The translations under genes and the position numbers were made by a program. Below are positions 32,070-42,623 of a DNA stretch of 64,000 nucleotides, in pieces. Source of the stretch: Aulosira sp. ZfuVER01 (lineage in GTDB: Bacteria > Cyanobacteriota > Cyanobacteriia > Cyanobacteriales > Nostocaceae); NCBI GenBank assembly GCA_034530615.2, contig JAVRCV020000028.1, positions 32,001-96,000 on the forward strand, in the 5' to 3' direction. The notes beneath the pieces are model-generated. The model worked only from the letters and a program-made list of their open reading frames with translations. It was not told the origin of the DNA and did not search any database. The stretch's first letter is position 1, and every line of letters begins with the position of its first letter.

Positions 32070-34340
32070 TTACTCGTCAATTTGACCAACGCGACGTATA
32101 TTGAGAATGTCGCTCATTTTTTTAATTTGGATAAACACTTGTTCTAGCTGTGGGCGATCGCGTATATCTATACCCAAGTCTATTAAAGCTGGTTGTCCAA
32201 TTGCAGTTTTTACCTGAGCATAGCGGACATTGATCCCCTGGTCGCTTAACCGAGATAAAATATCTTTTAAAACGCCTACGCGGTCAAGTGCTTCAATTTG
32301 GACATTCACTGGGTAAGTATGAGGACGAGAACTATGTTCTGCTGCTGCGTTCCAGCTAACTGGTACTAGGCGTTCATACTCCACGCTTTCGAGATTATGA
32401 CACCCTTGGCGATGAATAGAAATTCCCTTACCCCTTGTGACTACACCGATAATTGGTTCGCCTGGAATCGGGGTACAACACCCAGCTAGATGATACACCA
32501 AACCTTCTACCCCATGAATTGGCGAATCAGTGGAGCGTGAATGAGTTGCAGGTGCGTCTCGCAAAGCTTTTGCTGTGGCTGACTCTTTTGGCAGATATGG
32601 CGGTACAACAACCATAGGTTGTTGGGCTTTGACTACCTCTCGCCAACGGTTCAATACCAGATTGAGGGTGATTTCACCGTAACCCAAACCTGCAAGTAAA
32701 TCTTCCACACTGTGGTAGTTACATTTTTCGGATACAGACTGCATTGCGTCTGATTTCAGCAGACTATCAAAACCAGTTTTACCAAGTTCTTTTTCTAATA
32801 ATTCCCGACCACGAGCAATATTTTCTTCCCGACGCGATCGCTTGTACCATTGTTTAATCCGATATTTGGCGGCGGATGTTCTGGCAAAGTTCAACCAATC
32901 CAAACTAGGGTGGCTGTTCTTTTGCGTCATAATTTCCACAATATCGCCGTTGTGCAACCGCGTTGACAGTGGCACCATGCGTCCATTCACCTTGGCCCCT
33001 GCGCAGTGGTTGCCTACTTCTGTATGAATGTGATAAGCAAAATCAATACTAGTGGAACCGGGACTTAAAGGCACAACATCACCCTTGGGGGTGAAAACAT
33101 AAACATCATCTTCAAATAAATTATCTTTGACGCTATCTAGATACTCTTGCGCATCCTTTAAATCGCTTTGCCATTCCAACAATTGCCGCAACCAAGTAAA
33201 CTTTTCATCGGTTGCTGTTAAATGGCTGTTGTTAGAACTGCCAGTTTCCTTATATATCCAATGGGCGGCAATTCCATACTCAGCGATATGGTGCATTTCC
33301 ATTGTGCGAATTTGCACTTCTAAAGGACGACCAGTTAAGCCAATTACGCCAGTATGCAATGACTGGTAACGGTTCGGTTTTGGTAATCCAATATAATCTT
33401 TAAATCTACCAGGAATTGGGCGAAAGGCATCATGCACCACCGCTAAAGCACGGTAGCATTCCTCATTGGTTTGTACAATAATCCGCAACGCTGCTAAATC
33501 ATAAATTTCATGAAATTCTTTTTGCTGTCGTTGCATCTTCTGGTAAATACTATAGAGGTGCTTCGGACGGCCGCTGATATCCAGGCATTTTATTCCAGCT
33601 TGTTGCAAGCGATCGCGCAAAATTGCCGTAGCCTTTGCTAATTTTTCTTCTCGCGATGTACGTTTTTCCGAAACATACTGTTGAATTTGGCGGAAAGCTT
33701 CTGGCTCTAAATACTTAAACGATAAATCTTCTAGTTCCCATTTAAAATGCCAAATCCCCAAGCGATTAGCTAAGGGAGCAAAAATATCTCGTGTTTCTTG
33801 CGCAATGCGGCGACGTTTTTCATCTGGCATTACTTGTAAAGTTCGCATATTATGTAGACGGTCTGCCAACTTCACCACAATCACTCGAATATCCTGTGCC
33901 ATTGCCAAAAACATCCGCCGGAAGTTTTCTGCTTGACTTTCAGTTTTGCTTTTGAAATTTATTTTAGAAAGTTTGGTGACACCTTCGACTAATTGCCGTA
34001 CTTCTGCTCCAAAAAGCTCTTCTATTTGCTCAATTGTGATATCTGTATCTTCGACTACATCATGGAGAAATCCAGCTGCTATCATAGCAGGACTACCCCC
34101 TAAGTCACGCAGTAATCCAGCTACAGCAACGGGATGACAAATGTATGGTTCGCCAGATTTGCGGTATTGTCCCTGATGCAGGTTATATGCAAATTCAAAT
34201 GCCCGACATATTAGATTTGCATCATTATACCCTCGATCGTTTTCTGCATTGCCATTACTTCCTGATGACTGGATAATGCATTTCTTGAGCCATTCCGGAA
34301 GAGGAACATCAACTGAGGTATTGAGAACTATGGTGCTCAT
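32070..34340 (-). CDS. spoT: Bifunctional (p)ppGpp synthetase/hydrolase (RelA/SpoT homologue)
   Basis: HD domain LHDVVED, KLADRLHNMRT, YQSLHT, EVQIRT, TGS and ACT domains. Confidence 0.96.
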   Translation of the reverse strand: MSTIVLNTSVDVPLPEWLKKCIIQSSGSNGNAENDRGYNDANLICRAFEFAYNLHQGQYRKSGEPYICHPVAVAGLLRDLGGSPAMIAAGFLHDVVEDTDITIEQIEELFGAEVRQLVEGVTKLSKINFKSKTESQAENFRRMFLAMAQDIRVIVVKLADRLHNMRTLQVMPDEKRRRIAQETRDIFAPLANRLGIWHFKWELEDLSFKYLEPEAFRQIQQYVSEKRTSREEKLAKATAILRDRLQQAGIKCLDISGRPKHLYSIYQKMQRQQKEFHEIYDLAALRIIVQTNEECYRALAVVHDAFRPIPGRFKDYIGLPKPNRYQSLHTGVIGLTGRPLEVQIRTMEMHHIAEYGIAAHWIYKETGSSNNSHLTATDEKFTWLRQLLEWQSDLKDAQEYLDSVKDNLFEDDVYVFTPKGDVVPLSPGSTSIDFAYHIHTEVGNHCAGAKVNGRMVPLSTRLHNGDIVEIMTQKNSHPSLDWLNFARTSAAKYRIKQWYKRSRREENIARGRELLEKELGKTGFDSLLKSDAMQSVSEKCNYHSVEDLLAGLGYGEITLNLVLNRWREVVKAQQPMVVVPPYLPKESATAKALRDAPATHSRSTDSPIHGVEGLVYHLAGCCTPIPGEPIIGVVTRGKGISIHRQGCHNLESVEYERLVPVSWNAAAEHSSRPHTYPVNVQIEALDRVGVLKDILSRLSDQGINVRYAQVKTAIGQPALIDLGIDIRDRPQLEQVFIQIKKMSDILNIRRVGQIDE

Positions 34341-34530
34341 ACAAAGGGGACTAGAGGTGATCTGTGGATAAGTTCAGAGAAGGACAAAACTAACAGCATC
34401 GCCGATAGAAAATGCTAATGCCCAAAGACCCTTAGATAAAGTCATTTAAGGATGATTCCTTAATTGTCTATGGTAATCATCCAGTGCGAGTTTCAAGCTT
34501 CATCATCCCGAATATATATTGCTGGCAAAT

Positions 34531-34558
34531 GAAGCCTCAAAGCATGATTTGAGGCTTC
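34531..34558. promoter_or_regulatory. Perfect 11-bp inverted repeat in the divergent rsh/patD region
   Basis: gaagcctcaaa-gcatga-tttgaggcttc. Confidence 0.45.
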
Positions 34559-34636
34559 TAGTTCTAAAAACAGCTTAAGAAAGTTTATTGTAGAAAAAAA
34601 ATTACTTGACTTTAATACTATCTTAACTAGCACTGG

Positions 34637-34996
34637 ATGTCCCTAAATAAAGATAATTATCAGGTATTGGTGAGCTTGCTAGAGCAATTTCGCTCTGATG
34701 CTACAAACACCAAACTCGATGCAACCGAACTCCGACAGCGTTTAGCCTCCTTAAAGCAATTGTTTGCCCAGCAGATTGTTCCTTTGACAGAAGTAGACTC
34801 GCACGAGCAGTCTTATCGGACAGAGATGAGCAAACAGCTACGCCTGTTGGAAATTGACATAATGTTTTTCCAAGGCGCACGGCAGGAATCTACTGCAAAA
34901 GCGAGGCTGGAAACAATTAGCGATCGCTTGACTACGCTCATCCGATATTGTGATGCTATCCTGCAACCAGAAGATAAAGGGGAAAAAAATTATTAG
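34637..34996 (+). CDS. patD: Heterocyst frequency control protein PatD
   Basis: QSYRTEMSKQLRLLEIDIMFFQGARQ...RLTTLIRYC motif; divergent from the rsh gene. Confidence 0.8.
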   Translation: MSLNKDNYQVLVSLLEQFRSDATNTKLDATELRQRLASLKQLFAQQIVPLTEVDSHEQSYRTEMSKQLRLLEIDIMFFQGARQESTAKARLETISDRLTTLIRYCDAILQPEDKGEKNY

Positions 34997-35458
34997 TCTC
35001 CTTTTTCTCTGTTACTTTATCATCCCACCTAAAACTTATTGTTGACAGCTATTTTGGCAACAAGTTCTACAATCAGTTATTTTCCAGACTGAACAGTGAG
35101 GTTGGGATCGCTAAAACTTTGGAAATAGACAATAAATTGTTGATCCCTGCGATATTATTTTCTAATTATCAAAATCTGGAATTCTGATCTGTATAGGTTT
35201 TAAGAAATCTCAAACCCCTACTCAAGGGAAATTATATTTTCCTCTGTACAGAGATATATAAAAACTTTGGTTTTTCCCCGGATTTAGTAGTTGGCAAATG
35301 GGGTATTGGGCAAATCTTGAACCACAGGGGCACAGAGACACAGAGAGAACAGAGGTATTGCTACCTGGGTACTGCATAAACAATTCAGCAACAACCTATA
35401 TAGGTAGTGTGGCTGACAAAGCCACACATATACACTCTGAAAAATTTATTTTACTGAT

Positions 35459-36409
35459 ATGCTTCAACGCACTTTAGCTGTGACTGCCTCTAGTGCAGTT
35501 TTACTGTCATCTTTACTCAGTGCTGCTTTTGCAGTTCCCGTTCACACTGCTAGTAATTTAGATAATATTGGCGTAATTAAGCAGAATGAAATCTTAGCAC
35601 AGAGAATTCCTCTAGGCAGACGCCAAGCGATCGCTAACACACAAGATAGATATGCCGCCATTTGGGTGAAGTCTGGTGGTTCAGCTTGGCAAGCGCGACA
35701 TGGAATGACCTCAGATCAATATCAAGCAACTTTCGATCAACTAGTTGGTCAAGGATATCGATTGGTTGATGTTAATGGTTACGGTGTGAATGGACAAGAC
35801 AGATATGCGGCTATCTGGGTGAAATCCGGCGGGCCAGCTTGGGTAGCGCGACATGGGCTTACCTCCTCTCAGTATCAAAGCACCTTCGACCAATTAGTTG
35901 GGCAAGGATATCGATTAGTTAATGTCAGTGGTTACAGTGTAAATGGACAAGACAGATATGCGGCTATTTGGGATAAATCTAATGGCCCAGCTTGGGTAGC
36001 GCGACATGGTTTGACTTCATCTCAATATCAAAGCACCTTTGACCAACTTGTGGGACAAGGTTATAGATTAGTAGATGTGAGTGGTTACAGTGTTAACGGA
36101 CAAGCTAGATACGCTGCTATTTGGGAAAAATCTGGTGGTTCAGCTTGGGTAGCACGACATGGACTTACCTCATCTCAATATCAAACCACTTTCGACCAAC
36201 TGGTGGGACAGGGGTATAGATTAGTTCATGTCAGCGGTTACAGTGTGAATGGACAAGACAGATATGCAGCTATTTGGGATAAATCTGGTAGTCCAGCTTG
36301 GGTAGCACGACATGGATTGACCTCATCTCAGTATCAAAGCACTTTTGATCAACTAGTGGGACAAGGGTATCGATTGGTTGATGTGAGTGGTTACAGTATC
36401 CAGCCGTAG
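35459..36409 (+). CDS. Secreted protein of five ~51-aa bacterial tandem repeats (BTRD1 / polyglycine-hydrolase-type structural repeat)
   Basis: Signal peptide, then 5x RYAAIW.KS.G.AW.ARHG.TS.QYQ.TFDQLVGQGYRLV.V.GY. Confidence 0.85.
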   Translation: MLQRTLAVTASSAVLLSSLLSAAFAVPVHTASNLDNIGVIKQNEILAQRIPLGRRQAIANTQDRYAAIWVKSGGSAWQARHGMTSDQYQATFDQLVGQGYRLVDVNGYGVNGQDRYAAIWVKSGGPAWVARHGLTSSQYQSTFDQLVGQGYRLVNVSGYSVNGQDRYAAIWDKSNGPAWVARHGLTSSQYQSTFDQLVGQGYRLVDVSGYSVNGQARYAAIWEKSGGSAWVARHGLTSSQYQTTFDQLVGQGYRLVHVSGYSVNGQDRYAAIWDKSGSPAWVARHGLTSSQYQSTFDQLVGQGYRLVDVSGYSIQP

Positions 36410-36529
36410 TACCGTGTCACAAAAATCCTGACTTAAAAATGCTTTGTGTCTTGGTGTCTCTGTGGTTCAAGATTTTTTTACCGCTATGACACAGAGACAC
36501 AAAGAAAAAAAATTTTTCAAGGTAAGGTA

Positions 36530-37534
36530 ATGACTACAACTTTGCAAGGTACACCCCCAATCATTATTGGACATAGAGGTGCTAGCGGCTACCGACCAGA
36601 ACATACATTGGCTGCTTATGAATTAGCCATTGATTTAGGTGCTGACTATATTGAACCAGATTTAGTTGCCAGCAAAGACGGTGTATTAATTGCTCGTCAC
36701 GAAAATGAAATTTCGGAAACTACTGATGTTGCTAGCCATGCAGAATTTGCTCAACGCCAAACTACCAAAATCATTGATGGAGAAACCAAAACAGGCTGGT
36801 TTACTGAAGACTTTTCCCTGGCTGAATTGAAAACACTACGGGCAAAAGAGCGAATTCCCGAAGTGCGATCGCAAAATACAAATTATGATGGACTATTTGA
36901 AATACCCACACTGCAAGAAATCATCAATTTAGCTAAGGCTAAAAGTATTGCAGTTGGTCGTATCATTGGCATTTACCCAGAAACCAAGCATCCGTCTTAT
37001 TTCCAATCTATTGGATTATCGCTAGAGGAACCTCTACTGGCAAGTTTACAGGCGAACGGTTATCAAGGAGCGAATTCACCTGTTTTCATTCAGTCTTTTG
37101 AAGCCAGTAACCTCAAATATTTAGCAACAAAAACTGATTTACCTTTGGTGCAATTAGTTAATAACACTGGAAAGCCTTATGATTTTATTGTGAATGGTGA
37201 TAGTCGCACCTATGCAGACTTGATAACAGCATCAGGTTTAAGAGAGATTGCTGAATATGCAAAGGCGATTGGGGTTCATAAAAATCTGCTTGTGCCTAGA
37301 GATAGTAATGGTAAATTGCGCTCTCCTACATCTTTAATTACCCATGCTCATGCAGCTGGTTTGCTAGTTCATGCTTGGACTTTCCGCAATGAAGATTTAT
37401 TTTTACCCCTCGATTTTCAAGATAATCCCCAAAAAGAATATGAGCTATTTTTCAGCTTAGGTGTTGATGGCGTCTTTAGTGATTTTCCCAATACTGCTAA
37501 TACCAATTTGAAAAAAGAATGCGACAGATGGTAG
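36530..37534 (+). CDS. Glycerophosphodiester phosphodiesterase
   Basis: IIGHRGASGYRPEHT, IEPDLV.SKDG, YPETKHP, FIQSFE, HAWTFRNE, GVDGVFSDFP. Confidence 0.93.
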   Translation: MTTTLQGTPPIIIGHRGASGYRPEHTLAAYELAIDLGADYIEPDLVASKDGVLIARHENEISETTDVASHAEFAQRQTTKIIDGETKTGWFTEDFSLAELKTLRAKERIPEVRSQNTNYDGLFEIPTLQEIINLAKAKSIAVGRIIGIYPETKHPSYFQSIGLSLEEPLLASLQANGYQGANSPVFIQSFEASNLKYLATKTDLPLVQLVNNTGKPYDFIVNGDSRTYADLITASGLREIAEYAKAIGVHKNLLVPRDSNGKLRSPTSLITHAHAAGLLVHAWTFRNEDLFLPLDFQDNPQKEYELFFSLGVDGVFSDFPNTANTNLKKECDRW

Positions 37535-37809
37535 GGGCAAGGCATTGCCCATTGGTGTCAACTTAACGTGAAAGGCTTTGTTGCTCAAGATATTTGATCC
37601 CCCTAAATCCCCCTTTTTAAGGGGGACTTTGATTCTTTTCCCCCCTTTTTTAAGGGGGGTTAGGGGGGATCAAAAGTTTATGGTGCTAAAAGAGATAACT
37701 TCAAAGACTTACGCTGTATACATCTAAGCTTAAGTTGACACAGGTGGGCATTGCCTTGCCCTCTAGAATATATTGATGTGTCGCAAACATTATTTATTTG
37801 AATTGATAT
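37498..37809. mobile_element. Nested MITE complex (outer element, inner TIR element with 9-bp TSD, innermost C/G palindrome)
   Basis: Outer ends ataccaat / attgatat; inner element 37550-37746 with cattggtgtcaacttaa / ttaagttgacacaggtg flanked by duplicated ggcattgcc; core gatccccc...ggggggatc. Confidence 0.8.
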
Positions 37810-37883
37810 AAATTGGAAAATGTGAGCGATCGCAAAATATCCAATTAAAAGCAAATCTATTTGGAGTACTTCAATATCTAGCT

Positions 37884-40592
37884 TTATTGCCAGTTACCTA
37901 CTAAAACAAAAGGTGCCCAGTAATAGGGATGTTTAAATTTAGGATTTAACTCGCCTGAAAGTAGAAATAATTGGGCATTACGCAAAGCTTCAGCTTTTTT
38001 TTGCTTGTGAGCCATTTCTTTGTAAAACTGAATCATGAGAGCCGCAGTTGCTTCATCATTCACACTCCAAAGAGTTGCCAATGTACTGCGTGCGCCAGAC
38101 TGTACGGCAATTCCTGCTAATCCTAAGGCGGCGCGGCTATCACCTGCGGCTGTTTCGCAAGCACTCAAGACAAGTAAATCTATTGCAGTTTGTTGATTTG
38201 TCTCGCGGGTTTTTAATACAGAACTAAAATCGTTCACATTTAACCGTTGATTCCAAGTCAAAATGAAGGTATCTTCTGCTTTTGAACTAAACTTACCATG
38301 AGTTGCAAGGTGTAATATCCCGCCTGGAAAAGACTTAACAGCTTCTTCAATTTTTTGCAGAGTAAAATTATTATCAAGAAAATTTCCGGCTGTCGAAAAT
38401 ATACCTTTGATTTGCTCAAGCTCATATTTCACTCCAGGTAATGCCGGAAAGTTATCACGAGCTTCACTGAGTCCTCCAATTACTGCTTGTAATCGTTTGT
38501 TTGTTAAAGGTTGAGGAGGTAATAACTCTAAGCCTGGTGTGTTAGCGATGTTATATTTCTTCTCAATCAAATATTGCTTTTTTTCTCGATCGTAAAGAGC
38601 CGCAATCGGGATACTCTGCAATGTTCCATCTAAGACAAAAACGATATTTTTGACACCACTATTTTGTAAATCTGATTCGATTGGGCGAATCAACCATTCG
38701 TATACTTGCTGGGAAGTTTCTACAAACTCACGAGAACTTCTAAAAAATATTTTTCGATGCAGTTCTTTAATTTTATCTTCAAATGTATTTTTAGGCAGAA
38801 TAACTGTATGCAATTTCAGAGATTTCTCTTTCTGCTGATGCGGTAATGAGAGAATAATAGATAAGCGATCGCTTAAAACCACAGGATAAATTACAGCTGT
38901 TTGTTTCTGTCGATCGATTTCATCAATTTGCACGGGTTTGGCATCTACACAGGCTTTGCGGAAAAAGTTATCGAGTTCTGCTAACTGTAATGATTCAATA
39001 ACTTTTCTCGCTTTATCTAAATTTTTTGAACTAGGTTCCCCAGTTGCTGGTAAAAGCAAACTCACATACTCGCGGTAGACTGGTTCTACTTCATCCCGAA
39101 AAGAAAATTGAGCATCACGATTAACGGTAACTAAGTCACGGCGGATAGATTTTAAATTCTTGACTGCTTGATCGTAAGCTGCGATCGCACCTAGCTCGTT
39201 ACCTTGAGTATTACCGGCAGCGCTGAGAATCCTTCCTAACTGCCATTGCCAACGATAAGCTATATCCCGCGCCTGAATGCCTTCTGCTAATTTTAGCGCT
39301 TGCTGAGTCAAGGTTTGAGCTTCCGTCCATTGCTGAGTTTGTTCGTATAAGCTCCCTAAAGTACCTAAAGCATAAGCTTGTGCGCGTACATCTTCCAAAG
39401 TTTTAGCTTGCTGAAAACCTGTAGCGACAACTTTAGCCGCCGTGCAGAGAGAATCAGCAGATGTGCAGGTGTTTTGGACAATACTTCCCTTTGCTAGCAC
39501 TCCTGTTTTTGAAAGTTTAAGTAGAGTTTGAGCAAAGTTAATTCGAGCATAAACACTACTACGACTTGCTGGTAAACTTTCAAACTTTGCTGATAAATTT
39601 TCGATTTGAGAGAGAATTTCTGGCGATTGTTCTTTTGACTGAGATTGAACTAACAGCCGTAGTTGATTTAATTGTGCTGGTAACTGTGTTGTCGGCTTTT
39701 GGGAAATACTAGCAGCGCGTTCGTAAAATTGAATTGCTTCTTCGGTGTTTTGCTTTTCTTGGACAGTATTTCCCAAACTTAAGAGAATTTCTGCTAGCTT
39801 TTCTTGTTCGCTATTTTGCTGTACTTCGGCTTTGTTACCTAAACTTAACTTTAAATTACAAACTTCCTCAGTTTGCGATATTTTTGCTTGTATCTGACAA
39901 CTTTGATCTAATATCTGCCGAGATTTATCAACATCTCCAACTACACGTAAGCTATTACCAAGACTCAGCAATCCAGTCACTTTCAAGGGAGAGTCTGGTT
40001 GTTTATCTAAAGTCAGCTTAATTTCCTCTAAAATGCTAGTAGCCCGACGGTAAAGCCCTAATGTTTGTAGTGCTTGAGCTTGATTGATTTTGCTACCAAT
40101 TTTACCTGATTCATCACCAATTTTACCATAAGTAGCTGTTGCCTCTTGCCAACTAGTTAAAGCTTTTTCTGTTTCTCCGCGTGCTAGTTGTAACTGTCCT
40201 TGAGTATTCAGGGCTTGGGCACGAATCGATAAATAATCTTTGGTATTACTTTTGCTTTGTAATAACTGCAAACTTTGCTCTGTAGCCTGTTGAGCATCAG
40301 CTAACTGTCCTAACTGTTGATAAGTTAAGGAAAGATAGTTTAATATCAGCGCTTGATTGAGTTTATCTCCTGTAGCTTGAAACGATTCATTCGCCTGTTG
40401 AAAAATCTTTAGCGCTGGAGAATATTGTTCTTTTTGGTATGCTACTAAGCCTCTATCTAATAATTCCTTACCATTTGCAATTTGAGTTTGTGATACCTGT
40501 GGGTTGATGACTGCGACTATAGGAGAAATTGGATTAATTAAATTAACAGAATGATTGAGATATAGGGAAGTTAAAAGTAAGAATAAAGACAT
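37884..40592 (-). CDS. TPR-CHAT (caspase-like peptidase) protein
   Basis: TPRs; LQLAELDNFF; catalytic motifs HLATHG and LVLSACET; TLWSVND; HPYYWAPFVLVGNW. Confidence 0.93.
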   Translation of the reverse strand: MSLFLLLTSLYLNHSVNLINPISPIVAVINPQVSQTQIANGKELLDRGLVAYQKEQYSPALKIFQQANESFQATGDKLNQALILNYLSLTYQQLGQLADAQQATEQSLQLLQSKSNTKDYLSIRAQALNTQGQLQLARGETEKALTSWQEATATYGKIGDESGKIGSKINQAQALQTLGLYRRATSILEEIKLTLDKQPDSPLKVTGLLSLGNSLRVVGDVDKSRQILDQSCQIQAKISQTEEVCNLKLSLGNKAEVQQNSEQEKLAEILLSLGNTVQEKQNTEEAIQFYERAASISQKPTTQLPAQLNQLRLLVQSQSKEQSPEILSQIENLSAKFESLPASRSSVYARINFAQTLLKLSKTGVLAKGSIVQNTCTSADSLCTAAKVVATGFQQAKTLEDVRAQAYALGTLGSLYEQTQQWTEAQTLTQQALKLAEGIQARDIAYRWQWQLGRILSAAGNTQGNELGAIAAYDQAVKNLKSIRRDLVTVNRDAQFSFRDEVEPVYREYVSLLLPATGEPSSKNLDKARKVIESLQLAELDNFFRKACVDAKPVQIDEIDRQKQTAVIYPVVLSDRLSIILSLPHQQKEKSLKLHTVILPKNTFEDKIKELHRKIFFRSSREFVETSQQVYEWLIRPIESDLQNSGVKNIVFVLDGTLQSIPIAALYDREKKQYLIEKKYNIANTPGLELLPPQPLTNKRLQAVIGGLSEARDNFPALPGVKYELEQIKGIFSTAGNFLDNNFTLQKIEEAVKSFPGGILHLATHGKFSSKAEDTFILTWNQRLNVNDFSSVLKTRETNQQTAIDLLVLSACETAAGDSRAALGLAGIAVQSGARSTLATLWSVNDEATAALMIQFYKEMAHKQKKAEALRNAQLFLLSGELNPKFKHPYYWAPFVLVGNWQ

Positions 40593-40602
40593 AAATATTT
40601 AC

Positions 40603-42435
40603 CTAAAATGGTTGAGTATAAATGATAGAAAAATAGAGTCCGTTTTCTTGCCAAGTATTTTTATTAGGAATATCAATACCCAGTGGAATACCGCAATCAA
40701 AACGGGCTGTTAAATTGTTCTGTTGCCACAGCAATCCGATTCCAGTTGAGGCGATAGTATCGGGATTAATCGTAGTTCTTCCTGGTTGAGAAATATTCCA
40801 AGCTGTACCAAAATCTATAAATGGAGTAACTTGTAATAATCCTTGAATTTCTGGTACACGCAACACTGGATAACGCAATTCCGCAGTTGCCAAAAAGCCG
40901 TTATCTGCTAATATTTGGTCTTGACGATAACCGCGAACTGTTGCTTGTCCTCCTAAACCAATCTGTTCGGAAGCTAATAGCGGTCTATCGGCTAATTGTA
41001 AATCTGCACGTACTAAAAATAACGTTTCTGGTGCTAGCAGTCGCACCCATTGTGCCTGTCCGCGCCAAGCGAAAAATCTACCATCGGGCGCATCTTCGTT
41101 AATTGTGGCATCTAATGCATCTATACCCAAACTTAATTGCGATCGCGCCGCTAGTACTTGCTTACTACTACGCTGAGTCCAGTCTTGAAACAACCGCAAT
41201 ATAGTTACTTTCGTCTTCCCATTTGCATCTGCACCCGTAGAAGGAAAAGGCAATCTTTCTCCTATTTGTGCCTCTAAAAAGCCGACATCACTATCTCGAT
41301 GAGTTGCGCTAATTCCCACTGCAAATTCGGTAGTAGGAGTTTGGACTAATGGTTGGCGAAAAGTAACGCCATACTCTTGGGAAGTACCTTCAATATCTAA
41401 AACATTGAAGGGTTTTTCAATTACATTACTGGATGCATAGCTATAGTTAAATTGCAAAGTACCATTGTGGGGATTGACGGGTAATTTATAGCTGACATCT
41501 ACACTATTACTCCCATCGGTGTTGGCATAACCAATGCTTAATCCATCTCCTAAACCCAATAGATTTGCTTGGTTAAGTTGGATTTGTCGTTCAAAACTAC
41601 CTATGCCTGGTGTACGGTTATTATTTAAGTTAATTTGAGCGCTAAATGTTTTTGCTTCTGCGACTTGCACAGATAATACACTGGCACCAGGATTAACACC
41701 ATTACCTAATTCCGCAGAGATATTTTTAATTAATGGATCTAATTGTAATAGTTGCAAAGCTTGCAGTAATTTTTTTAAATTTAAAGGCTTATCTGTAGCT
41801 AAAGCAAGGCGACTTCTCACATAGTTAGGATTGAGTCTTCTTGTACCGCGAACCTCTATACTTTCTAAACTACCTTCCACAACTTGAATTTTGACTATCC
41901 CACCTTCTGCTTTGAAAGTTTGGTCTGAAGGAATATATGCGCCTGAGTTAACGTAACAAGGTAAATCTGAATTTTTATTTTCAGCTTGGCAACCTTTGGT
42001 GTAAAGTTCAGTAATTTTATCTGCCACCTCTAATAGTTGAGTAAAAGTAATGGGTTTATTGATAAATTCTTTGAGTGCTGCATCTAATTCTTGTTTATTA
42101 AAGACAGTGCTACCCACCACATCAAAACCAGTCACTTGAATTGTTCCTGGTAAATCTCTAGGAACTGTTTCGCCAGTTGGAAATGTGGGAGTAGTGACGG
42201 GTGGAGATGGAAATAACTCTTCGAGATTCGGGAGTTTTGGTAGTGTGGGAGTTGGGGGAGTTGGTTGTTCGATTTGGCGGTCTATGTCTTGTACAGGTGG
42301 GTTAGCTGGAGTTTGTGCTAGTGACTTAGGAGTGAGAAAGTTGAGTAAGAAAAAGGTGAATATGAACCAATTTATAAGATTTGAAGCTTGAAATTTGTGA
42401 GTTTGAAATCTAGATTTTTTTTGCAACGAATACAT
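40603..42435 (-). CDS. ShlB/FhaC/HecB-family TpsB outer-membrane transporter
   Basis: POTRA-like N-terminal part, IGLGGQATVRGY, PFIDFG, terminal Phe. Confidence 0.92.
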   Translation of the reverse strand: MYSLQKKSRFQTHKFQASNLINWFIFTFFLLNFLTPKSLAQTPANPPVQDIDRQIEQPTPPTPTLPKLPNLEELFPSPPVTTPTFPTGETVPRDLPGTIQVTGFDVVGSTVFNKQELDAALKEFINKPITFTQLLEVADKITELYTKGCQAENKNSDLPCYVNSGAYIPSDQTFKAEGGIVKIQVVEGSLESIEVRGTRRLNPNYVRSRLALATDKPLNLKKLLQALQLLQLDPLIKNISAELGNGVNPGASVLSVQVAEAKTFSAQINLNNNRTPGIGSFERQIQLNQANLLGLGDGLSIGYANTDGSNSVDVSYKLPVNPHNGTLQFNYSYASSNVIEKPFNVLDIEGTSQEYGVTFRQPLVQTPTTEFAVGISATHRDSDVGFLEAQIGERLPFPSTGADANGKTKVTILRLFQDWTQRSSKQVLAARSQLSLGIDALDATINEDAPDGRFFAWRGQAQWVRLLAPETLFLVRADLQLADRPLLASEQIGLGGQATVRGYRQDQILADNGFLATAELRYPVLRVPEIQGLLQVTPFIDFGTAWNISQPGRTTINPDTIASTGIGLLWQQNNLTARFDCGIPLGIDIPNKNTWQENGLYFSIIYTQPF

Positions 42436-42623
42436 ATATAAATACAGTTATTTTATTTAGTCGTGAATATAGATTTTAAAAAGGAATATTACGCCAAGAA
42501 CGCAGAGAGAAGTTGCGGTGCGGGGGTTCCCCCCGTTGAGCAAACTTCGGTGGGCGCAGAGTACACAACTAGAGATTCTGGGCAAATAATTCTTGGCGAA
42601 CTTGGCGGTTACTTTTAAAACCC

